Shown here: piece by piece, positions 1 to 6,819 of the stretch
Layout of the letters: each line of letters starts with the position of its first letter
How positions within the stretch are numbered: the stretch's first letter is position 1
From: a virus
Lineage: Duplodnaviria > Heunggongvirae > Uroviricota > Caudoviricetes
DNA: 13,914 bases
Reading direction: 5' to 3' (one strand)
Virus record (IMG/VR): IMGVR_UViG_2698536392_000012
Coordinates: 1 to 13,914 of that record
The notes under the pieces: model-generated
Told to the model about the DNA's origin: nothing
What the model saw: the letters and a program-made list of their open reading frames with translations, nothing else
Databases searched by the model: none
Program-made: the position numbers and the translations under genes

Positions 1-41
1 AACCACCAGCGCGTTTACTGTACTGGCGTGATTTCAGTCAT

Positions 42-64
42 AAAAAAACCCGCCTGGCGACGGG
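42..64 (-). terminator. tR'-like intrinsic terminator about 80 nt downstream of the Q stop
   Basis: On the minus strand, hairpin CCCGUC-GCCA-GGCGGG (49-64) followed by a 7-T run (42-48). Its position just past Q matches the short terminated late transcript that Q antiterminates in lambdoid phages. Confidence 0.45.
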
Positions 65-145
65 TGTAAAAAATCTTCTAACGTCAGGCATAAAACGCCC
101 ATCGTTAGGGCAAATTTACCACAGATTCGGGAAAAATCAACAAAG

Positions 146-967
146 CTATCTGGTCACCTTTTTCAGTTGTTGTTCTGCCCATGCTTCTTCAATATCAAAC
201 TGCACCACCAGCGTATCGTAAAAACGTTTAACTGTTTTTTTCCATGTATCAAGAGATATGGCATCGGTTACATTACATATGGCATTAAATGCCTCCGTTG
301 AAGGTAATCTTTCATAGCCACGACCACCACAACGCTGGCAGTCTCTGATAACAGGCATACCACGTTTTACCGACTCTTCACGATGAATGGCAACACCGCG
401 CCCACGACAATCTTTACAGGCAGTGGATACCTCTCCCTTCCCTCCACACTCCGGACAGGCAACTTTTACCACCTCCCTGACTTTTTTCCATTCCTCCCAG
501 TAAGACGGATACACGCCTTTTGTGCACTTTGCCCACACTGGCGGCTTACCATCCGGATACTGGATCTTGTTTGTAAAAACCTCGCTTTCAATAAATTTTT
601 TTCCGTGACAACAGGGGCACTGTTTTTTGCTCGCCGCGCTACGGGCATAATCTTCAAACGCATACGAAGCCATAATACGCATCACTGCCGGTTTTATTTC
701 TGCCGGGAGTTTTCTTAACGCCGCCACGCGATCACACCGACTGAGTGCATATTCTGTCAGCAATTCTGTTGCCCGCTCTCTGTCATTCATACTAATGCCC
801 ATTTTCCCAAGGAACGCAGAAAACCCCATCTCAGCCCAATTCTGTGTCATGCCCTGCGCGGCCATCACATCAGTGATACTCAGCGTATCTTTCGACGTTG
901 AGGCCGATGCATCAGTCAGGCCGGGGGATTTTGGGGAGTAGTATTTCGGTAAATCTTCCAGTTTCAT
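146..967 (-). CDS. Phage antitermination protein Q family (late gene activator)
   Basis: 273 aa, ATG start. Several CxxC/CxxCxGxG zinc-finger motifs (CPCCHGKK, CPECGGKG, CKDCRGRG, CQRCGGRG). Last gene of the early-right operon, directly after rusA with an ATGA start/stop overlap, as for the Q-like antiterminators of Qin-type prophages. Confidence 0.7.
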   Translation of the reverse strand: MKLEDLPKYYSPKSPGLTDASASTSKDTLSITDVMAAQGMTQNWAEMGFSAFLGKMGISMNDRERATELLTEYALSRCDRVAALRKLPAEIKPAVMRIMASYAFEDYARSAASKKQCPCCHGKKFIESEVFTNKIQYPDGKPPVWAKCTKGVYPSYWEEWKKVREVVKVACPECGGKGEVSTACKDCRGRGVAIHREESVKRGMPVIRDCQRCGGRGYERLPSTEAFNAICNVTDAISLDTWKKTVKRFYDTLVVQFDIEEAWAEQQLKKVTR

Positions 968-1344
968 TTTTTGACCTGCCCTTCAAGCATTATGGGGTAA
1001 ATTTTCACCCCCAGACGTCCACCAGATACTGGCTGAGCACGAACGATATTGATTTCATCAAACTGCTCATCGTCCATTAGCAACCCCGCATGCGTCAGCG
1101 CATCCAGCGGCGCTTTCAGAATATTGTCCAGGTCACGGCGGCGCTTATCCGGTGGCTCGGCAATAATCTTTATCGCCAGCCTTCCGGACAGGCTTAATTT
1201 CAGCCGCTGCTGGCGAACAATAAGCGCCACAGCCCGGCGATAACGCTCACCGGCTTTTGATACAAAATATGTGTTGCCACGACGTCGCCAGTAAGTATTC
1301 ACCGTCGGCGGGTAAGGCAAAACAAATTCTATGCGTTCAGTCAT
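964..1344 (-). CDS. rusA: Holliday junction resolvase RusA
   Basis: 126 aa; from recall it resembles E. coli RusA (matching motif RRRDLDN, similar length). Typical nin-region position upstream of Q. Confidence 0.85.
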   Translation of the reverse strand: MTERIEFVLPYPPTVNTYWRRRGNTYFVSKAGERYRRAVALIVRQQRLKLSLSGRLAIKIIAEPPDKRRRDLDNILKAPLDALTHAGLLMDDEQFDEINIVRAQPVSGGRLGVKIYPIMLEGQVKK

Positions 1345-2403
1345 TCATGCTTTCCACTTCAGGACACCCGAATTTCTCGCGTGCATTAAAAAACGAATCA
1401 GCAACAACAGCTGGCTGCCGTGTTTTTCTTCAAAATCTTTTACCCCGGCGTGCAGTTCGTTATGACATTTACGGCACAGCGGAATAACAAACAAATCATC
1501 AGCCTTTGTTCCCATCCCTCCCAGTCCATGACCAATGATGTGATGCGGATCATCTGCCTGATTACCGCACGTCATGCATTTCTGCGTTTTTACCCAGCGC
1601 GTGTATACAGGCATCTCTTCCCGTTGTGGTTTCTGGCGCTGGAGATACTGAGCCGGAGATTCCGGATCAACGGCAATGCTGACCACCGCCTTTTCCTGTG
1701 ACGGGATTTGTTGCTGGTGGACGTGAGGCAACGGCGCAAGATTTTTTGTGCGCTGCTTCAGTATGCTGGTGGCGGTCTGCTCTCCCGGTACGATGTCGCT
1801 TTCGCGATACACCGAGTGGATTTTTTCCGCACGTAACCCCAGAGAACGACGCAATACTGCCTCCGGAAGCGCGTCCGCCACCTGATTGCAGACCGCCCAC
1901 CAGGATAATTCAGCCAGCGACAATTCCCGCTCCTGCGTGCCATTCATTGCATGGCGTATGACGTCAATCATCCATGCTGACAGGTTTTGATGAGCAAGTT
2001 GCTCGAGTGATTCGGAGGTCTGGTCGCGCAGCTGGTTGTCGCAGTGCCAGCACAACACCATTGCGCCGGTACCATAACGGTGAATGACGGTTTCACTGTG
2101 GTGATAATCGCCGTGTGGCCACTGGCAGGATTTAACATGGCGCAGTAACCAGTCAGACAATGCGCCAGCGCCACCAGCAGCACGAATCACTCGTTCGTCG
2201 CTGAAAAATGGCAGTAATGATTTATCCTCCGCCAGCGGCTGGCGAACGGCAGGAACGACCCCGGACGACAGATTACGCATGCTTTTCGGTTCCGGCTCCA
2301 CCAGTACCCGGGTATTGTGGAATACCGGCATGGATTCACGGCCCGGCTTAACGATCACCAGCCCGAGTTCCGGTACCAGAACAGGTCGAAGTAATACCCG
2401 CAC
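1345..2403 (-). CDS. DUF968/YdfU-like prophage protein with C-terminal Cys/His (HNH-like) motif
   Basis: 352-aa ORF. C-terminal CMTCGN...HHIIGHGLGG...CRKCHNELH zinc/HNH-like motif, as recalled for YdfU-type proteins. The ORF-track start is a GTG; the true start may be an internal ATG (residue 25 or 42). The stop abuts the rusA start. Confidence 0.55.
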   Translation of the reverse strand: MRVLLRPVLVPELGLVIVKPGRESMPVFHNTRVLVEPEPKSMRNLSSGVVPAVRQPLAEDKSLLPFFSDERVIRAAGGAGALSDWLLRHVKSCQWPHGDYHHSETVIHRYGTGAMVLCWHCDNQLRDQTSESLEQLAHQNLSAWMIDVIRHAMNGTQERELSLAELSWWAVCNQVADALPEAVLRRSLGLRAEKIHSVYRESDIVPGEQTATSILKQRTKNLAPLPHVHQQQIPSQEKAVVSIAVDPESPAQYLQRQKPQREEMPVYTRWVKTQKCMTCGNQADDPHHIIGHGLGGMGTKADDLFVIPLCRKCHNELHAGVKDFEEKHGSQLLLLIRFLMHARNSGVLKWKA

Positions 2404-2404
2404 G

Positions 2405-2683
2405 TTACCTCCAGATGCGTTGCTGGAATGTGCGGGACGGACGCGGTGGGCGTTCAGAGTAAGGAAGCCTGACGGAGATTATCCAGTGACGATAATCGAG
2501 GCTGAGGGCTTTCTTAATCCCGTATCCGTGTCTGCGGTAGCACTGAATTAGCCATTCAGCTTGTTCTTCAGTACATGGGGGATGCTGGTACCAATCAGAT
2601 TTGAATGTGCGGGAACGCCGCCCGTGCCTGCTGGCAAAGACAGCTGAATTATCAGAATTGTGTGATTTGGTATTGTGCGCCAT
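2405..2683 (-). CDS. Hypothetical nin-region protein (92 aa from internal ATG)
   Basis: The ORF-track start at 2764 lies inside the terminator hairpin, so the ATG at 2683 (MAHNTKSHNS...) is the more plausible start. Basic, Cys-containing, no recognised domain. Could correspond to the small rem-like gene found here in Qin-type prophages, but I cannot confirm this. Confidence 0.4.
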   Translation of the reverse strand: MAHNTKSHNSDNSAVFASRHGRRSRTFKSDWYQHPPCTEEQAEWLIQCYRRHGYGIKKALSLDYRHWIISVRLPYSERPPRPSRTFQQRIWR

Positions 2684-2760
2684 CGTCTTTCTCTGCTGGC
2701 GCAGCAGGTGCCAGTTGTTCAGGCTGACGTGCGAATTGTAAACCAGAATGCCAGGAAAAA

Positions 2761-2782
2761 ACAAAACCCGCCGAAGCGGGTT
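2761..2782. terminator. Bidirectional intrinsic terminator hairpin (copy A of a 22-bp direct repeat)
   Basis: AACCCGC-cgaa-GCGGGTT stem-loop flanked by an A-run upstream and a T-run downstream, so it can terminate on either strand. Identical 22 bp (ACAAAACCCGCCGAAGCGGGTT) recur at 4109-4130. Confidence 0.55.
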
Positions 2783-2798
2783 TTGTCAGTACTGAACA

Positions 2799-2948
2799 TC
2801 AAGCTGCGTGCTTGCCACTACAACTGCAAAGTGGGATCGGGAAAGGCTTCCCTTTTTTCGCGTGGCGCATTACACCATCTACACACACAGAGTAGCGAAA
2901 AATGATCTCACATGGACAGCCACATTTGCGACAGGTACCCATTGCCAT
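2799..2948 (-). CDS. Possible small Cys-rich protein (about 49 aa from internal ATG)
   Basis: ORF between the ImmA stop and terminator A containing CRKCGCPC and CSCSG motifs. Weak RBS and the ORF-track start is GTG, so this is low confidence. Confidence 0.2.
   Translation of the reverse strand: MAMGTCRKCGCPCEIIFRYSVCVDGVMRHAKKGKPFPIPLCSCSGKHAA
2838..2858 (+). terminator. Possible plus-strand intrinsic terminator
   Basis: GGGAA-aggc-TTCCC hairpin followed by TTTTTT on the plus strand. It lies inside the small minus-strand ORF and may block antisense read-through. Confidence 0.3.
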
Positions 2949-3115
2949 GATTTCGTTTTCCCTGCTCACCTGTGAATCCACACAGGTTGCACTTTGTTGG
3001 GAGAACCACTACACTTCGCTTGTCTACAAAAAGTGTTGTGATTGGATTATCTCCATACACTACGGAATGTGTTAGCGCACTTTCCGTCCCTAAAAGCCCT
3101 GTTAGCGCAGGGCTT

Positions 3116-3592
3116 TTACATATAAAAATCGAACGACATCTGTTGTGTTCTCACGCCAATTGTTTCCAGTACGATATCCGCAAATGTATCTGCCTGCCAT
3201 TCTGCATCCTCAATACGAGTAGGTTCTTTAACTGAAAAGTGTAAAACTGCTTTGTGTCCAAGAAGCAAATGACCTAGCTCGTGGAAGATAACAGCAAGTG
3301 CATGCTCTTCCCCAAGGCAAGCATTCACATATATTTTATTGGGAACCGTAATTGTTAGAGAAGCGGGGTCACAATGTCCGATAGTTAGATCATACGTCAG
3401 AGCCTCCCACTCTTTGTCGGTCCTGACGTCAAGAGTAACCCCATAAATTGACAGGCTTTCAAAGAACATATCATAACGCTTTCTTTTGCGCTTTGAGGCT
3501 GTAAGACCAATAGCATTACAGAAGTTTATAGCTCTGTAGGCTATTTCTTCTTCTTGCATCGGTGACACCCTGTTACCTCTCATTTGATACAT
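3116..3592 (-). CDS. ImmA/IrrE-family (COG2856) Zn metallopeptidase
   Basis: 158 aa with HELGHLLLGH (HEXXH) and a downstream EDAEWQADTFA motif, the usual third zinc-ligand region of ImmA/IrrE peptidases. Strong SD (GAGGGG) inside the 3' end of the upstream HTH gene; 2-nt intergenic gap. Confidence 0.7.
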   Translation of the reverse strand: MYQMRGNRVSPMQEEEIAYRAINFCNAIGLTASKRKRKRYDMFFESLSIYGVTLDVRTDKEWEALTYDLTIGHCDPASLTITVPNKIYVNACLGEEHALAVIFHELGHLLLGHKAVLHFSVKEPTRIEDAEWQADTFADIVLETIGVRTQQMSFDFYM

Positions 3593-3594
3593 AA

Positions 3595-3954
3595 TTACCC
3601 CTCATTGTTATTAATCTTTTGCAATAAATCTGCAAAACTCTTTAGCTGTTCCGGCGTAAACTGCGACTTAGCGAATCCCGCTACAAGCATTTTCTGTTGC
3701 TGAGACAAACCGTTTACTGGAACTGAGTCATTCGCAACTGCCGCTAACTCCTGTAACCCTTCAATTTCTACACCTTTGGCCTTGAAGTAAGAATCAATCT
3801 TCTTAACCCACTTCAGAGGTATTTTTTTGCTACCAGTTTCTAAACCGCTAAGAAACGCTGGCGTAGTGCCCAGTTCTTGAGACATAGTCAGAAGAGTACT
3901 GTCAGTATCGATCCTCGCTTTTCTAACGGCCTTACCGAATTCAGTGAGTGCCAT
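3595..3954 (-). CDS. XRE-family helix-turn-helix transcriptional regulator (ImmR-like partner of ImmA)
   Basis: 119 aa. N-terminal HTH (LLTMSQELGTTPAFLSGLETG). SD GAGGA 8 nt upstream of the ATG, with an AT-rich promoter-like region further upstream. Confidence 0.75.
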   Translation of the reverse strand: MALTEFGKAVRKARIDTDSTLLTMSQELGTTPAFLSGLETGSKKIPLKWVKKIDSYFKAKGVEIEGLQELAAVANDSVPVNGLSQQQKMLVAGFAKSQFTPEQLKSFADLLQKINNNEG

Positions 3955-4108
3955 GATTTTATCCTCAATTTGTTGATTTAGCAGACTTGCCTAACGCAAG
4001 CCTGATGGGCGCTTAAATTCTAATTCCTAAAATTTACCATATACGAAAGCAAAGTAAACCTTTTTAGTTAAAAAAATCTCCTTTAAGGGAATTTTTTTCA
4101 CAAAAAGA

Positions 4109-4130
4109 ACAAAACCCGCCGAAGCGGGTT
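4109..4130 (-). terminator. Intrinsic terminator hairpin (copy B of the 22-bp direct repeat), terminating the hok transcript
   Basis: Same AACCCGC-cgaa-GCGGGTT hairpin as at 2761-2782, followed on the minus strand by TTTGTTCTTTTTG. Located about 70 nt downstream of the hok stop. Confidence 0.5.
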
Positions 4131-4198
4131 AAGTGCGGGTGCGTTGAGGATGCCTGACACATCAGAGGTGGCGAGGGATTTCTCCCCCGCCAGGTCTC

Positions 4199-4354
4199 TT
4201 ACTCCTCAGGTTCGTAAGCTGTGAAGACAGCGACCTCCGTCTGGCCGGTTCGGATTCGTACCTCGCAGAGGTCTTTCCTCGTTACCAGTGCCGTCACTAT
4301 GACGGTTAAACAGATGACGATCAGGGCGATTAACATCGCCTTTTGCTGCTTCAT
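4199..4354 (-). CDS. hokD: Hok/Gef-family type I toxin (HokD/RelF-like)
   Basis: 51 aa MKQQKAMLIALIVICLTVIVTALVTRKDLCEVRIRTGQTEVAVFTAYEPEE, recognised from recall as HokD/RelF-like. SD AAGGAG 9 nt upstream. The ORF-track in-frame upstream extension (to 4411) is probably not used. Confidence 0.85.
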   Translation of the reverse strand: MKQQKAMLIALIVICLTVIVTALVTRKDLCEVRIRTGQTEVAVFTAYEPEE

Positions 4355-4598
4355 AGCCTGCTTCTCCTTGCCTTTCGGCACGTAAGAGGCTAGCCTACAT
4401 GTGCAAGTCATAGATATGGCCTCAGATTAATGTTAAGCGTCTTGCCGGACGCGTAATGTTAACTGGGGCTTTTCTCTGTCTGCCTTACGGCGGCATGCCC
4501 GAGGCAGACAGCCTCAAGCACCCGCAGCAATTCTACTTAACTCTCGCTTTACAGCAAACCGTTTTTGCCCGATATGGGAATTCCCATACGGAATGAAT

Positions 4599-4703
4599 TC
4601 AGTTCCCCAGGCGATCCATCAAAAACACAACCAGGCAGTAAACACCCACAACAGCAATAACAGCCAGAGCGCCTTCCATTACCAGTGAAATATCATCCGA
4701 CAT
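4599..4703 (-). CDS. Small hydrophobic peptide (34 aa), candidate small membrane protein or type I toxin-like ORF
   Basis: MSDDISLVMEGALAVIAVVGVYCLVVFLMDRLGN: acidic N-terminus plus one predicted TM helix. Very strong SD (AAGGGAGGG) 3-4 nt before the ATG, and promoter-like hexamers upstream. Not in the ORF track because it is under 60 aa. Confidence 0.35.
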   Translation of the reverse strand: MSDDISLVMEGALAVIAVVGVYCLVVFLMDRLGN

Positions 4704-4812
4704 ATTCCCTCCCTTGGTGTGAATTCCGGCGAACGTTTTTACCCCCACCGACAAATAACATATACTAGAAAAGCAATAGCTATAGCAACGCCTGCAAATG
4801 CATCGGGCCGGC

Positions 4813-5646
4813 TCATTGGTGCGCCCCCTGTATCGCTTCTACTGCGATCTGACTGGCGTATTTGTTAATGGTAACGATAAGTTCTTGCTCGGCCTCATCC
4901 AGACAACCACCGATACCTCGCCTGTCACCTTCAGAAGCATCGAAATCTGCACGAACCCTGGCGACCTTCAGGATTGCGGACAACACCTCATCAGGGATTG
5001 CCGGAGAGTTGGTTGACGTTTCCGAGGTTATCCGAAAATTATTGGTTGACGAATTCTTATTTTCCCGAAAGTTTTCGGCATGAAGCATGGCGGTGTTATA
5101 CCCATCCGCGAAAATCTCTGCTTCTTCGTTATTCAGTTCGGCACCAAGTTTAAGCGCAATAGCTTTTGCCATTGAGGCGGTAATTTGATGGCATGGCTGA
5201 CGTCCATGAAGCATGGCGTCGCTCCGCTCTATGCCATCCAGCGCAATTCGAAGCGCATGAATTGTAGTAATGCTATCGTTTGGGGTTATTCCGTATCGTT
5301 CGAATACAGCGATATGGTTGCGCATAATCGCAGGTGTAAGCTCTTTGTAAGCAAGAGCAAGAGGTCCAGATACATCGTTCAGCACTACCGTCATCGGTGA
5401 GGCGGCGTAGACTTCAATAATCCCAGTATCAATAGGCCATTCCCCATCCTTGATATAGTAACTTGTTCCGTCAACTTGCTGTTCTACAATGTGGAAAGCA
5501 CCTATTGGTTCTGCTTCCAGCGATGCCAGTGCAATTTTGAATAACTCGCCCTCTACCCGTGCCATCCCTGAATTGGGGTAGCATTTCGCAATCGCTATTT
5601 TTAATTTGGCTTCTTCGATTAATTTCTCTTTGGTTAATTCAGTCAC
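4813..5646 (-). CDS. Hypothetical protein (277 aa), unknown function
   Basis: Long ORF with a GTG start preceded by a CCGCCC-gaaa-GGGCGG hairpin. No recognised catalytic motif. Co-oriented downstream of the 70-aa and 119-aa genes. Confidence 0.55.
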   Translation of the reverse strand: MTELTKEKLIEEAKLKIAIAKCYPNSGMARVEGELFKIALASLEAEPIGAFHIVEQQVDGTSYYIKDGEWPIDTGIIEVYAASPMTVVLNDVSGPLALAYKELTPAIMRNHIAVFERYGITPNDSITTIHALRIALDGIERSDAMLHGRQPCHQITASMAKAIALKLGAELNNEEAEIFADGYNTAMLHAENFRENKNSSTNNFRITSETSTNSPAIPDEVLSAILKVARVRADFDASEGDRRGIGGCLDEAEQELIVTINKYASQIAVEAIQGAHQ

Positions 5647-5681
5647 TTTTCATTACCGCCCTTTCGGGCGGCCTCCTGACA

Positions 5682-5894
5682 TTAATCGTTGTGATAACTC
5701 ATAGCTTCATTTGCAGCATCAACTGGATCAACATCCCACCAGCAATAATTTGGGTCGACACCTTCAGGTGTCCACGGCTCTAATTCATTTTTTGCTACAT
5801 TCTCGTCACCAGTAATTTTAAAAATCTGCTCAGAGAATTTTTTTACCCACTCGTTATATTTTTCCGCGTTAATGGTTTTCTGTGTATTTAACAT
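5682..5894 (-). CDS. Hypothetical small acidic protein (70 aa)
   Basis: Strong SD (GGAGG) upstream of the ATG. Rich in D/E and W (WTPEGVDPNYCWWDVDPVDAANE). No recognised domain. Confidence 0.5.
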   Translation of the reverse strand: MLNTQKTINAEKYNEWVKKFSEQIFKITGDENVAKNELEPWTPEGVDPNYCWWDVDPVDAANEAMSYHND

Positions 5895-5939
5895 AGATAT
5901 ACCTCCGGTTAAGGATTAAATTTTATTTACAGTGCTGAT

Positions 5940-6299
5940 TTAATATTCAGTTCTGGCTTTTGTTGCCCTGCGTATCCGCGCTTTCGCGTTACGCTCAATC
6001 TGAATTAGCTTTTCTATATTTTTTCGCCTTTCCTGTTCCTCCTGGCGCAATAGCCTTACATCATCTGCCAGTCTGGTTTCTCTTTTAGCCACAGAGAGCA
6101 TCCAGTCAAACGGCTCCACAACTGCACCACAGATTTTGCAGCGGACCTGACGCTCTTTTTCGTCAACCCGGACAGAAGCGTGATGGCAGTATGGTCTTTC
6201 CGATGGCTCATAGAGAAAATTAACCTGATTACGTGGGTCATCCTCTTTTACCGGAAATAAAACGATATTGCTTAACTCATCTTCTGGTTTTATTTCCAT
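5940..6299 (-). CDS. Hypothetical zinc-ribbon protein with basic coiled-coil C-terminus (119 aa)
   Basis: SD AAGGAG 7 nt upstream. C-HH...CxxC spacing (CHHASVRVDEKERQVRCKICG) suggests a zinc ribbon. The C-terminus is Arg/Lys/Glu-rich and helical-looking. Confidence 0.55.
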   Translation of the reverse strand: MEIKPEDELSNIVLFPVKEDDPRNQVNFLYEPSERPYCHHASVRVDEKERQVRCKICGAVVEPFDWMLSVAKRETRLADDVRLLRQEEQERRKNIEKLIQIERNAKARIRRATKARTEY

Positions 6300-6356
6300 G
6301 GTCCTCTCCTTTGATGCGAATGCCAGCGATAATTGAAGCCTGATAGCTAATTTTAC

Positions 6357-6779
6357 TCACAGCCCCCCCCCCTGATAATTTCCCTGATAAAACGCCAGCA
6401 CTCGCTGCATAACTTCGCTCTTCCGGCACTCGCGACAGATTATATTCAGGCGCCTGTCGTAACGACGTATTTCTCCATCAGGTAATGACCAGATAAGGTC
6501 CGGATCAACCGCAGATGGTTTCTTCAGCTTTGCCCTTGAGAGCTTTTTACGGGCATTTTGCCAGTCCTTACGCGCCTGTTCAGACGGGAATAACCCGTAA
6601 CCAGAGTTGTATACATCGCCACTGGCAACCAGCTCTCTGGCCAGAACGCTCATCAGATATCTTGTTGCCCCAGTTTTAGCTTCCAGTTGTCGTAACGTCT
6701 CGCGCCCACTCTGGCGTACGAGTTCAAGAACCTGCCCTTTAATTTTTTCCCGCTCTTCTTGTGTAAAAACTTTTGCCAC
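6357..6779 (-). CDS. Hypothetical protein with putative winged-helix motif (140 aa), in the position of a replication accessory gene
   Basis: GTG start with strong SD (AGGAGG). Follows the O-like gene where lambda carries P. Too short for a DnaC/DnaB-type loader. The 3' end contains a G10 homopolymer on the coding strand. Confidence 0.55.
   Translation of the reverse strand: MAKVFTQEEREKIKGQVLELVRQSGRETLRQLEAKTGATRYLMSVLARELVASGDVYNSGYGLFPSEQARKDWQNARKKLSRAKLKKPSAVDPDLIWSLPDGEIRRYDRRLNIICRECRKSEVMQRVLAFYQGNYQGGGL
6363..6372. repeat. C10/G10 homopolymeric tract at the 3' end of the 140-aa CDS
   Basis: Ten consecutive C on the plus strand (G10 on the coding strand) encoding the GGG of the C-terminal ...QGGGL, ending 4 nt before the stop codon. 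Confidence 0.9.
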
Positions 6780-6819
6780 AAGCCCTCCTGAAAATTACCT
6801 CATGACCAGAAATACACAC

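Noticed and set aside
383-718. Plus-strand 111-aa ORF and minus-strand 65-aa ORF (466-663) inside the Q gene
   Set aside because: Both are fully embedded in the Q coding region on the opposite strand or in another frame, with no RBS and low-complexity translations. Treated as shadow ORFs.
1667-2183. Several 60-90 aa ORFs on both strands (1667-1900, 1698-1961, 1758-1943, 1968-2183)
   Set aside because: All overlap the DUF968 gene in alternative frames, with Arg/Pro-rich translations typical of GC-rich off-frame reading.
2405-2764. Full 119-aa version of the nin-region ORF
   Set aside because: Its first 27 codons overlap the terminator hairpin at 2761-2782 and it has no RBS. The internal ATG at 2683 is the more plausible start.
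2972-3235. Plus-strand 87-aa ORF
   Set aside because: It is antisense to the ImmA-like peptidase gene and lacks an RBS.
4355-4411. In-frame N-terminal extension of hok (MTCTCRLASYVPKGKEKQA...), possibly a mok-like coupling ORF
   Set aside because: Canonical mok is out of frame with hok. This extension is in frame and lacks an RBS, while the ATG at 4354 has a good SD and gives the canonical 51-aa Hok.
4798-5400. Plus-strand ORFs 4798-5016, 4862-5083 and 5185-5400
   Set aside because: They are antisense to the 277-aa minus-strand gene and have no translation signals.
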